Source: Chloroflexota bacterium | Lineage (GTDB): Bacteria > Chloroflexota > UBA11872 | Direction: 5' to 3' | DNA length: 59,958 nucleotides | Assembly: GCA_028874315.1 (NCBI GenBank) | Contig: JAPPKM010000129.1 | Location: 1-59,958 of the forward strand | In this document: positions 17,402 through 25,985 of the stretch, in pieces | Layout of the letters: each line of letters opens with the position of its first letter | Numbering within the stretch: position 1 is the stretch's first letter | Position numbers and translations under genes: made by a program | The notes under the pieces: generated by a model | The model's database searches: none | Told to the model about the DNA's origin: nothing | Seen by the model: only the letters and a program-made list of their open reading frames with translations

Positions 17402-20287
17402 ATGACCTTCGCCCCTTCCGTTCTCCCTGGCCTCCTGCTCCTAGCCGCCCAATTGCTCGTCCTAGCCACCTTCGGTTATGTGGTCGCCCGCGTCGCCCTT
17501 CACCAACGCCATGTCCTCCTGGCCCTCGCGCAGGGTCTGGTCATCGGGCCGGCGCTCTGGGGGCTTCTGGCCAACTTCATCCTGAAGCTCTTTCCCGGGC
17601 AGGCCGGCTCGCTCGCCAGCTGGAGCCTCACCCTCGTTCTTACCGCCGCGCTGGCCCGCCGCTCCGCGCACAGTCTCCACGTGCCAGCCCGCACGCTCGC
17701 CGGATTCAGCCTCGCCACTCTTGGCCTCTTCTGGGCTGCCTTGGCCTGTCGGCAGCTGCTGAGCATTCCGGATGAGGACATTCACCTGGCGATTTCGTCA
17801 ACAATTCGCGTCGGCCAGTTCCCACCAGTGCTTTCGTGGATTCCTGACCAACCTCTTCCATATCACTACGGCGTGGACCTGCTGATCGCGTTGTTGACCC
17901 CGCCGGCGGGGCCGGATCTTGCCTTCACGACCGAAATCCTGGGCGCCTACATCTGGACAGGCTTCGCCATGGTGATTGCCGCCGTGCTCTTGCGGCACGG
18001 CGGGAAAGGCGCACTCGTTCTGGCGCCGTTAGCTCTGACGGCCGGTGCGTGGTCGCTCATCTGGTACACGCAGCCGCCAGACATTGCCCGGGTCCTCATT
18101 CCGGCTGGGATTCCAACGGCGGGAATCCGCGCCACGCTGACCGAGGTTTACTGGCCGTCAGTTTCCTTGCCGTGGGAGTGGCCGGGCGAGGCGTCACCTC
18201 CCAACGTTTGGAAGCCGCCATTCGTCCACACGTATGCATTGGCGCTCGTTGTGTTGGAGCGGGCTGCCGACGCCGCGTCCAGGCGCCGGTGGAGCACCTG
18301 GCCGCTGGCGCTTCTCGTTGGTTTCATGGGACTCATGGCCGAGGAAGTGGCTCTGGTCGTTCTTGGCCTGTGGGTCGCTCTCGAAATTATTGCTCTCCGC
18401 CGCACGCACCGGGTACGTGCCGGGACTCGCAGGGCCTCATTTGGGGCCTCGGCTGGTCCGGTCTTGGCGGCGATCCTGCTGGCCGCGGGAGGCGGCGTTG
18501 TCACAAGCCTGTTGACTGGCGTCGAAGGAAAGGACCTTTCGCTCGGTTGGCATGCGGACGCCTGGAGCCGGCGACCGCTCGGCACCTTCGCCACCTTCCC
18601 CGGAAGCGTTGGCCTGGTGGGGCTGGGAGTCATTCCAGTAGCGCTTGCCGCCGTGCTGCTCGCCCGCCGCAACTACCTGGTCCTGGCACTCGCCGCCGCC
18701 AGCGCAGCTCTATTCCTTGCCGCGCTCGTGCTGCGGTACGAACCGGCTGGCGAAGTGACGCGGCTGGATGGGCACGCCCGAAACTTAGCGCTGCTGGCAT
18801 TGCTGGTGGGACTGGGCATTCGCCTGCGAAGCCTTCGAACGAATTGGCGACTCGCGGTCCTCGCGGCAGTGGCGGTGCTTGCCGTCTGGCCCACGATCGC
18901 TCTCCCTGCCCGCAGCATGGCCGCAGCAGTTGGTCGCGGAGTACACCTGACCAACGCCCAACCCGGCGAGCGCGAATTTGCCGAGTGGGTCATGGGACGG
19001 GCCGCGATCAAGCCCCTGCGTTCCGAGCGAATTGCGACCTACATTCGGACCCAGACGTCCATTGACGACCGGATTTTCTCTCCGCAGCCGCATGCAATGA
19101 CAGTCTCAACCGGTCGTCCAAATGCGTCGGGCTTCCCCACGCTTATCCATCTGTTTGCCGTAACTGGCGCCGAATACGAAGACGCTCTTGGCTTTCTCGA
19201 ACCAACGGCGATACAACGACTGGGCTTCACGTACCTTCATGCCTCCGAAGAGTGGGTCGAGGGCCTGCCTGACCGAGCGAAGGCGTGGTTGCGGGATCCC
19301 GACCTCTTCGAACTCCTGTTGCGTGACGAACGGGACGCTCTGTACCGAATTCTGCCAACGTTCCTGCGCCTCAATCCTCTACCGGATCGCCAGTCCTACG
19401 AGGCGCTGCGGCGCCTCGTACCGGACGGATCCACGGTAAACGTACCGACCCCAACCAGCCCGCTCACGGCAATCCGCGTTGCATCCGTGCTGCCGCACAC
19501 CCGGATCTTGGGCACGCTGGATCCGCACATTCACTACTCGCTAACCAACATCCCTACCGAACCCCTCGCCGGCCAACTTCCCGACATCGTGGTCGTCGAA
19601 CGCGACGTGTCCTTTGATATCGGTACCGTGGACTTCATCCCCATCTGGTGGAACGACGCAGCGGTGGCCTATGCCACACGCGCGGAGCTTGCGGTGGGCG
19701 TGGATGCCCCCCCACAGTCGCGACATCAGGTGACTGTCCGCCTGTCGAACGTTCGCCAGGAAGATTCCCAGATCACCTTCACCACGCACGTCACCAACCA
19801 TGCGCCTAACCAGTGGACGGGGCAGGACTGGCTGCTTGTCCGGATCGAGGCGACGTCCTGGAAGCTACCCAGCCAGTATGAGTCCGACGGATACACCCTC
19901 GTGGGCACCCGCTGGTTTGGCGGCCAGATCTCCCCGGATGTCGTCGACAGTTCAAACACGTACAGGTTCGACGCCAGCAAGAGCCAACTGGAAGTGCAAA
20001 ACCCGATCCACGGCTTTGTTGTCCCGCCGACGTCGGGAGGCGAACTGAAGCCGGGTAGCTACGTCCTGGTAGCGCGGCTAACGCGCGAATACCTGCAAGC
20101 GGCCATCATCCCGGTGCTAGAGATCGTGGTCACCGATTCCGGCCACGCGTCGCTTACGGCCTACGAAGGCGAACGCCATGTGTCCGTGAAGGCATGCCCC
20201 GAGCGGCTACGAATCGCCGCTCTCGGGGCCACGCTTTGCCGGCATCTAGAACTCCAAGCCTCGCCCCTCGCGTCGTTGCAGCCATGA
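17402..20287 (+). CDS. Paralog P5 of the membrane-protein family
   Basis: 961 aa; IPDEDIH, PYHYG, PPNVWKP, RLDGHARN, WTGQDWLL, tail CPERLRIAALGATLC. Confidence 0.85.
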   Translation: MTFAPSVLPGLLLLAAQLLVLATFGYVVARVALHQRHVLLALAQGLVIGPALWGLLANFILKLFPGQAGSLASWSLTLVLTAALARRSAHSLHVPARTLAGFSLATLGLFWAALACRQLLSIPDEDIHLAISSTIRVGQFPPVLSWIPDQPLPYHYGVDLLIALLTPPAGPDLAFTTEILGAYIWTGFAMVIAAVLLRHGGKGALVLAPLALTAGAWSLIWYTQPPDIARVLIPAGIPTAGIRATLTEVYWPSVSLPWEWPGEASPPNVWKPPFVHTYALALVVLERAADAASRRRWSTWPLALLVGFMGLMAEEVALVVLGLWVALEIIALRRTHRVRAGTRRASFGASAGPVLAAILLAAGGGVVTSLLTGVEGKDLSLGWHADAWSRRPLGTFATFPGSVGLVGLGVIPVALAAVLLARRNYLVLALAAASAALFLAALVLRYEPAGEVTRLDGHARNLALLALLVGLGIRLRSLRTNWRLAVLAAVAVLAVWPTIALPARSMAAAVGRGVHLTNAQPGEREFAEWVMGRAAIKPLRSERIATYIRTQTSIDDRIFSPQPHAMTVSTGRPNASGFPTLIHLFAVTGAEYEDALGFLEPTAIQRLGFTYLHASEEWVEGLPDRAKAWLRDPDLFELLLRDERDALYRILPTFLRLNPLPDRQSYEALRRLVPDGSTVNVPTPTSPLTAIRVASVLPHTRILGTLDPHIHYSLTNIPTEPLAGQLPDIVVVERDVSFDIGTVDFIPIWWNDAAVAYATRAELAVGVDAPPQSRHQVTVRLSNVRQEDSQITFTTHVTNHAPNQWTGQDWLLVRIEATSWKLPSQYESDGYTLVGTRWFGGQISPDVVDSSNTYRFDASKSQLEVQNPIHGFVVPPTSGGELKPGSYVLVARLTREYLQAAIIPVLEIVVTDSGHASLTAYEGERHVSVKACPERLRIAALGATLCRHLELQASPLASLQP

Positions 20288-20336
20288 CTTCGTCCGCCTT
20301 GTCACGAGAAGTGAGACCGATGGAACCCGGCCGCGC

Positions 20337-23141
20337 ATGCTGATCGACGCCGCAGTGATTCCAGGCCTGCTGTTGCTCGCCGGCGAACTGCTCGTCCTCG
20401 CCGCCATCGGCTACATCGTCGCGCGCGTTGCGTTGCGGCAAACCGACGACCGGCTGGCACTGGCGCAGGGGCTGGTGATTGGGCTGGCGCTGTGGGGTCT
20501 GGCCGTCAACTTCCTGCTGCACGTGTTCCCAGGCATGGCCGGAGCCCTGGCGGGCTGGATTGTTGTGTTGGCCTTGGGGGTCGGTCTGGCGTGGCGCGGG
20601 CAAGCTGACCTGGGGATTCCGGCGCGCACACTCGCGGGATTCGGCCTCGCTGGCGCCGCCATCTTCTGGATTGCCCTCGCCAGCCGGCAACTGCTCATCA
20701 TCCCAGACCACATCCTGCACACCATGATTCCAGCCACCATCCGGGCGGGTGGCTGGCCGCCAACCCTTGGCTGGAATCCTGATTTGGACCTGGCCTATCA
20801 CCACGGCATCGACCTTCTCGTCGCTCTCTTGACCCCGCCGACCGGGCCCGATTTGGCGTTCACGACCGAACTTCTCGGCGCCTACGCCTGGACAGCCTTG
20901 ATTCTGCTCACGGCCGCGCTTCTCATGCGAGGTGGCTCATGGGCGGGCAAATTGGCCCTGATGCCGCTCCTTCTGGCGCCCGGCGCCTGGACGCTGGTAT
21001 TCGGGGAGCAGCCGACGCTGCTGCAGAGTCCCATTCCGACGGGCCTCCCAGAGGCTGGCGTACGCGCGGCGCTGGCCGAGGTGTATTGGCCGGCCGTCGA
21101 ACTCCCGTGGCCTACGGAGCGGCAAGGCGTCCCTCCAAACATCTGGAAGCCATCGTTCGCCCTTGCCTACGGTCTCGCGTTTGTTGCGCTCGAGCGGATC
21201 GCCGTCGAAGCCCATAGGCGTTGGCCGGCTTCGCTCACGCTCGCCGCCCTGGTGGGTTTCCTCGGCCTCCTCGACGAAACGGTCGCCCCCATTGCGCTGG
21301 GGCTCTGGATCTTGGCTGAGGGGGCCACGATACTGCGCGTTCGGCCCAAGCGAACTCAGTACCCTGCAGCCGTCTTGCGCGCGGCGGCGGGCCCGCTGCT
21401 GGCCGTTGCCATTCTGTTCGCGAGCGGCGGGGTTTTTACCGGCATCCTTACCGGGAGCTCGGGATCCGGCGAACTGACGCTGGGATGGCCCTTGGATCCA
21501 CGGGGTCGCGGTGCGGTGAGCTCGGTTACGACTTTGGACGCGGGGCTGGGGCTCCTGAGCCTTGGGTCGATAGTCGTGGCCGGAATCGCGGCCGTGATCG
21601 ATCGGCGAAACCGGCTGGTCCTATTGCTAGTGGCCGCAACAGGCGCGTTTGTGCTCGCCGCACTTGTCCTGCGATACGACATTGCCCCACACGACATTGG
21701 GCGCTTCGATGGACACGCACGCAACTTCTCGCTCCTGGCACTGCTCGTGGCGCTTAGCGTCCGACTGGCTGCCTTACGTCCGCGCTGGCGATACGCCGCG
21801 GCCGCATTTGTGCTCTTTCTTGTATCGTGGCCAACCGTCGCCGCCCCGGCTCGAAAGCTTGGCCTGGCCATAGGACACGGAGTCCAGATCGCCAACGCCA
21901 GGCCAGGGCCTAGCGAGTTTGGCGAGTTCTTCTGGTGGATGGGGCGATACCCGCTGGAACGCTTCCCGTCTGACCGAATCGCCGAATGGCTTCGTGAAAA
22001 CACCAATGTTGACGCTCGGATTCTCTCGCCTGCGCCGTATGCCCTAACCGTTGCTACTGGTCGTCCAAACGCGTCGGGATTCGCCGAGATTCTGCACACC
22101 CGTCCGTACACCGGCCCTGGCTACCTTGACGCACTCCGGTACCTGGAACCAGCGGCCTTTCGGCGGTTGGAAATCGCGTATGTCCACGCGCCCAACGACT
22201 GGGCTGTCGATCTGCCCGACCAGGCTGCGCGCTGGCTGGAGAGTCCTCAGTTCTTCGAACCTGTGATAAGGGACGACATGCAAGCGCTCTTTCGGGTGCG
22301 GCCGGCATTCCTACAACTTGATGACCAACCGGCACCTCTTGCCTTCGAGTCCCTGCGAAACGCTATTCCGGCGGAATCGACGGTCTATCTATCGCCCGCC
22401 AACGGGACGCTTGATACATTCCGTGCCGTTGCCGTGCTTCCGCATGCGCGCCTGTTGGGTTCCCCGAATCGTGCCGCGCTTCACCTGCAGGCGGAGATAC
22501 GGACCACCCCACTCCGGGGGCAATCGGCGGACTTCGTGGTCACGTCATCACGTCTGGCACCGTCAATGTTTCAGCCTGCCGCACGCCGGCCCGTATTTTG
22601 GAATCAGAACATCGCCGTTTACGCCCCGAACGGCACGACTGGGCCCGTATCCGAGGCACCACCGCGGCCATTCTCTATTCAACTCGGCGAGACCCGTGAG
22701 TCCGACGGCCGCATCGCATTCACCGCCACCCTCACCGCGCGGTCCGGCGAGGGATGGACGGGGCAGGACTGGCTGGTGGTGCCGGCGGACGACTCGCCGT
22801 GGGCTCTGCCACGCATCCGGCCAACCGATCCGGCCGTGCAATGGTTTGCCGGCCAGGCAAAGCCGAGGCCGGGGTCAATCACGCATCGATACGAGTATGA
22901 CCCACAGGCGGTGACGCTTAGCTTGCGGGATGCGCAGCCGGACACGATCCAGCTGGACTCGTCAGGCGATCGACTGGAGCCGGGCGTCTGGATCCTGGCG
23001 GTGCGGCTCCGAAGTGATTATCAACTCTCCGGCTTCATTCCAGTCGTGAAGATCGTGGTATCGCAAGCCGGCGACGTGTCCTACGAGGTCTACGAGGGCG
23101 AATTCGGGGTCAATCCCTCACCAAGACCGCCTGAACCCTAG
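20337..23141 (+). CDS. Paralog P6 of the membrane-protein family
   Basis: 934 aa; IPDHILH, AYHHG, PPNIWKP, RFDGHARN, WLRENTNVDARILSP, WTGQDWLV; no Cys tail. Confidence 0.85.
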   Translation: MLIDAAVIPGLLLLAGELLVLAAIGYIVARVALRQTDDRLALAQGLVIGLALWGLAVNFLLHVFPGMAGALAGWIVVLALGVGLAWRGQADLGIPARTLAGFGLAGAAIFWIALASRQLLIIPDHILHTMIPATIRAGGWPPTLGWNPDLDLAYHHGIDLLVALLTPPTGPDLAFTTELLGAYAWTALILLTAALLMRGGSWAGKLALMPLLLAPGAWTLVFGEQPTLLQSPIPTGLPEAGVRAALAEVYWPAVELPWPTERQGVPPNIWKPSFALAYGLAFVALERIAVEAHRRWPASLTLAALVGFLGLLDETVAPIALGLWILAEGATILRVRPKRTQYPAAVLRAAAGPLLAVAILFASGGVFTGILTGSSGSGELTLGWPLDPRGRGAVSSVTTLDAGLGLLSLGSIVVAGIAAVIDRRNRLVLLLVAATGAFVLAALVLRYDIAPHDIGRFDGHARNFSLLALLVALSVRLAALRPRWRYAAAAFVLFLVSWPTVAAPARKLGLAIGHGVQIANARPGPSEFGEFFWWMGRYPLERFPSDRIAEWLRENTNVDARILSPAPYALTVATGRPNASGFAEILHTRPYTGPGYLDALRYLEPAAFRRLEIAYVHAPNDWAVDLPDQAARWLESPQFFEPVIRDDMQALFRVRPAFLQLDDQPAPLAFESLRNAIPAESTVYLSPANGTLDTFRAVAVLPHARLLGSPNRAALHLQAEIRTTPLRGQSADFVVTSSRLAPSMFQPAARRPVFWNQNIAVYAPNGTTGPVSEAPPRPFSIQLGETRESDGRIAFTATLTARSGEGWTGQDWLVVPADDSPWALPRIRPTDPAVQWFAGQAKPRPGSITHRYEYDPQAVTLSLRDAQPDTIQLDSSGDRLEPGVWILAVRLRSDYQLSGFIPVVKIVVSQAGDVSYEVYEGEFGVNPSPRPPEP

Positions 23142-23217
23142 CAACGAGGCGGAGCAGAAAGCCGCAGCGGACCCACTCACGCCGGGGCGGTTCGCCGACC
23201 GCCTCCTGGATCGCCAC

Positions 23218-24243
23218 TCAGATCAACTGTTCACGCCAGGTGGGCGGCGCGTGCTCGCTCCCTATCTCCAGGCTGTTGGGGAGATAGGCCGGCTCGCGTG
23301 GGCCAACCTCGCGCGCCCACCGCACCATCGCCTCCACGCCCTCCCGAAGGCTCGTCGTGTTTCGCAGTCCCAGAATCTCTTCAGCTGCATCGTGCGCGCA
23401 GTAGGCGTTCTTCACCTCCAGCGGCCGAGCCGGCATCGACGTCGGCTCCAGGCCGGCCGGCCATGGATCCCCATCAAAGAAAACGTCGCGAACCACATCC
23501 GCAAGCTGGTTGATCGAGACATCCTCCGACGAGCCGACGTTGAAGATTCGCCCATTGGACCGCTCGCTCAGACCGCCGTCGACGATCGCAGGATTCACGT
23601 CGCCGATGTACGAGTACGCGCGGCGCTGTTCTCCGTCGCCGTAGATGTGAATGCCGCGGCCGCGGAGCAGCGCGTTGATGAAGATCGCGACCACGTTTCG
23701 GTACGGATCGGCCAGGTTCTGCCGCTCGCCGTAGACGTTGTGCGGTCGAACAATCGCATAGTCAAAGCCGTGCACCGCCGACAAGTGTTCGGTTGCGGCC
23801 TCCATCGATGCCTTCATGGCGGCGTAGACGTCCTCTGGCAGGCGCGGCATGGTCTCGTTAAACGGTGGTTGCTGCGCGCCGTAAACGCTCATTGAACTGA
23901 TCAGCACGACCTTCGAGAGCCCGCTGGCAATGGCCGGAACCAGCGTGTTCAGGTACCCGACCACGTTGTTGTCCATGGAGCTCAGCGGTGTGAATTGGCT
24001 GCGCCCTTCCGTGGCATCCGCCGCAAAGTGAAAGATGACCTCGGGCGCCGAGGACTCCACGAGGTCGGTCGCCGCCCCGCGGTCGGCCAGGTCGCACTCC
24101 ACGAACTCGGCGGCCGGGTTGACGTTTTCCACGTAGCCGCCGATCAGGCTGTCGGCGGCGGTGACCTCATGACCTTGGTCGAGCAGACGGTCCACGGCAT
24201 GGCTTCCCATAAAGCCGGCCGCGCCGGTTACCAGCACGCGCAT
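23218..24243 (-). CDS. NAD-dependent nucleotide-sugar epimerase/dehydratase (extended SDR)
   Basis: Start at MRVLVTGAAGFMGSH (24243); SSMSVYG, YAAMK (YxxxK), RPHNVYG, IYGDGEQRRAYSYIGDV, FNVGS. Confidence 0.9.
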   Translation of the reverse strand: MRVLVTGAAGFMGSHAVDRLLDQGHEVTAADSLIGGYVENVNPAAEFVECDLADRGAATDLVESSAPEVIFHFAADATEGRSQFTPLSSMDNNVVGYLNTLVPAIASGLSKVVLISSMSVYGAQQPPFNETMPRLPEDVYAAMKASMEAATEHLSAVHGFDYAIVRPHNVYGERQNLADPYRNVVAIFINALLRGRGIHIYGDGEQRRAYSYIGDVNPAIVDGGLSERSNGRIFNVGSSEDVSINQLADVVRDVFFDGDPWPAGLEPTSMPARPLEVKNAYCAHDAAEEILGLRNTTSLREGVEAMVRWAREVGPREPAYLPNSLEIGSEHAPPTWREQLI

Positions 24244-24435
24244 GGGCTGCGTCAGCGCACTCCAGTCAGGATCCGCGAGTCGAACGAGGTGGCGCCGGCG
24301 ACTACCGCCGCGCCGCGCGGATTCTAGCCCAGAGCCGCGGACAACCTCTCTGCTGCAGGGGCCGTGCGGCACTCACCTGGCACTTCGCTGCACCCGCGAA
24401 CGTCGCCGCCACTGCAGCCGGCAGTCGGCCCGCGC

Positions 24436-24511
24436 TGGAGCCCAGGGTGGGACTCGAACCCACAACCTGCGGTTTACAAAACCGCTGCTCTGCCGATTGA
24501 GCCACCTGGGC
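24436..24511 (-). tRNA. tRNA-Thr (TGT)
   Basis: Reverse complement GCCCAGGTGGCTCAATCGGCAGAGCAGCGGTTTTGTAAACCGCAGGTTGTGGGTTCGAGTCCCACCCTGGGCTCCA: 76-nt cloverleaf, anticodon loop TTTGTAA, encoded CCA. Confidence 0.97.
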
Positions 24512-24594
24512 GTGCTTCGCCTCCGAGGTTACTCGGCCTAGTCCAATAGCGCCGACGGAGGCAGAGGCGAATCGGCCTGACGTGAAGCAAGCGG

Positions 24595-25149
24595 CTACGC
24601 CTGGCTGCGAATGAAGGCAATGAAGTTCTGTAGTTCCTGCTCGGAGAGGTTTGGAAACGCCGGCATCCCGCTGCCGCCTTGTCTGGCCTGTTCGCGAATG
24701 TGGGCCTCCGACAGGTCCTCAACGGTGCGATTCCTTAATTCTGGCCCGATGCCTCCGCTGAGGTCTGTGCCATGACAAGCAATGCAACCCATGGCGGTGA
24801 ATTGCCGGCGACCGGCCTCAGCAGGTCCGCTGAGCGGAACGTTCGATGTGGGGCACGGATCCTCATCGTCCACTACCGGCGAGGACGCTGTAGCGGAGTT
24901 TGCGATCAGCTCCGCCACTCGGGGCGTCGGCGACATCGCCACAGGCTCCCTGCATGGATCCGGTGCGACGTAGCGCGGCACTGGCGTGGAGCCGGGCGGC
25001 ACGGTGATCTGCGGCACCGACGGTGCAACAACAGCTTGAGCACTGGTAGCGACCGGCCGGCTCTCGCCGCAAGAGGTCAGAACGCCTCCGAGCAGCAGCA
25101 GCACCGCAAGTCCACCGGTCAATCGGCGCTTCTGGCTCTGATCAGTCAT
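24595..25149 (-). CDS. Lipoprotein monoheme cytochrome c (c550/c551-like), copy A
   Basis: Signal peptide with lipobox LTSC, Pro/Ala/Val/Thr linker, CIACHG heme motif, GGIGPEL, GGSGMPAF (Met ligand). Start taken at MTDQSQK. Confidence 0.88.
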   Translation of the reverse strand: MTDQSQKRRLTGGLAVLLLLGGVLTSCGESRPVATSAQAVVAPSVPQITVPPGSTPVPRYVAPDPCREPVAMSPTPRVAELIANSATASSPVVDDEDPCPTSNVPLSGPAEAGRRQFTAMGCIACHGTDLSGGIGPELRNRTVEDLSEAHIREQARQGGSGMPAFPNLSEQELQNFIAFIRSQA

Positions 25150-25180
25150 GCCGATACCGCGTCGCAGGATTGTCCCGCTT

Positions 25181-25206
25181 GACTTTGTGATCTTATTCAC
25201 AAAGTC
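25181..25206. promoter_or_regulatory. Palindromic operator upstream of cytochrome c copy A (Rex-like or Crp/Fnr-like)
   Basis: GACTTTGTGA-TCTTAT-TCACAAAGTC: perfect 10-bp arms containing TGTGA-N6-TCACA, ~30-35 nt upstream of the start. Confidence 0.7.
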
Positions 25207-25327
25207 GGATCGGCACAACTCCTTCGGGTCTAAACGTTCAAGTTAACTGTTGAACAGCGACCGGAAAACGGCGACGCCGAACACGCCGAACTGCCTTTGC
25301 GCCGACGAGAGTCAAAACCGCCCGCGG

Positions 25328-25876
25328 CTACGCCTGGCTGCGGATAAACGCGATGAAGTTTTGGAGTTCCTGCTCAGACAGGTTCGGGAACGCGGGCATC
25401 CCGGCGCCGCCTTGCATGGCCTGCGAACGAATGCGTTCCTCGGGCAAGTCATCGGGCGTTCGCCCGGCCAGCTGCGGGCCGATTCCGCCACTCAAATCGG
25501 CGCCATGACATGCGATGCAGCCCAGGGCCGTGAACTGTTGGCGTCCGGCTTCGGCAGCTCCGGTGAGCGCGACGACGGCAGCCGGAGTCGCGGCTGACTC
25601 CGCCGGTTCAGAAGTTTCAGCGACCGCCACGGCGGTTGGAATGGCCGTAACCGGCGTCACGGCCACAATCGCTTCGGCCACGCGCGGCGTCGGGGACTCC
25701 ACCGCCACCGCAGGTGTTAGATCCGGCGGCATTGTGATCTGCGCCACGACCGGTACCACAATCGGCTCCACCATGGCCACCGGTCGGCTTTCACCACAGG
25801 AGGCCAGGAGAGCGACCACAAGCAGGGTCACAGCCATCACGCCAAGCAGGCGGCGGCTCGGGCTTCGGCCGGTCAT
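25328..25876 (-). CDS. Lipoprotein monoheme cytochrome c (c550/c551-like), copy B
   Basis: 182 aa; lipobox LASC, CIACHG, C-terminus MPAFPNLSEQELQNFIAFIRSQA identical to copy A. Confidence 0.9.
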   Translation of the reverse strand: MTGRSPSRRLLGVMAVTLLVVALLASCGESRPVAMVEPIVVPVVAQITMPPDLTPAVAVESPTPRVAEAIVAVTPVTAIPTAVAVAETSEPAESAATPAAVVALTGAAEAGRQQFTALGCIACHGADLSGGIGPQLAGRTPDDLPEERIRSQAMQGGAGMPAFPNLSEQELQNFIAFIRSQA

Positions 25877-25913
25877 GCGGTCGCGGTCTCCTCGGGCGCA
25901 CGCGCGCCGTCGG

Positions 25914-25935
25914 TTGTGATTGTATTCACAAAGTC
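25914..25935. promoter_or_regulatory. Palindromic operator upstream of cytochrome c copy B (Rex-like or Crp/Fnr-like)
   Basis: TTGTGA-TTGTAT-TCACAA(AGTC), ~38 nt upstream of the start; same motif and spacing as at copy A. Confidence 0.68.
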
Positions 25936-25985
25936 CGTTCGCCGCTAGCTATCGCGGTCCGACCTGATGGACGGTTCGTGCCTGG

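Noticed and set aside
24244-24372. Upstream extension of the epimerase ORF
   Set aside because: Low-complexity sequence before the Rossmann start MRVLVTG; more likely non-coding.
610-24511. Two tRNA-Thr genes bracketing array 1 as a tRNA-integrated island with att repeats
   Set aside because: Both are complete tRNAs with different anticodons and share only the 9-bp 3' end (TGGGCTCCA). No integrase or partial tRNA duplicate was seen, and ordinary genes (bcp, SDR) lie inside.
25236-25255. GTTCAA-N8-TTGAAC inverted repeat between the cytochrome genes
   Set aside because: Only 6-bp arms, no U-tract and not repeated at the second copy, so insufficient for a terminator or operator call.
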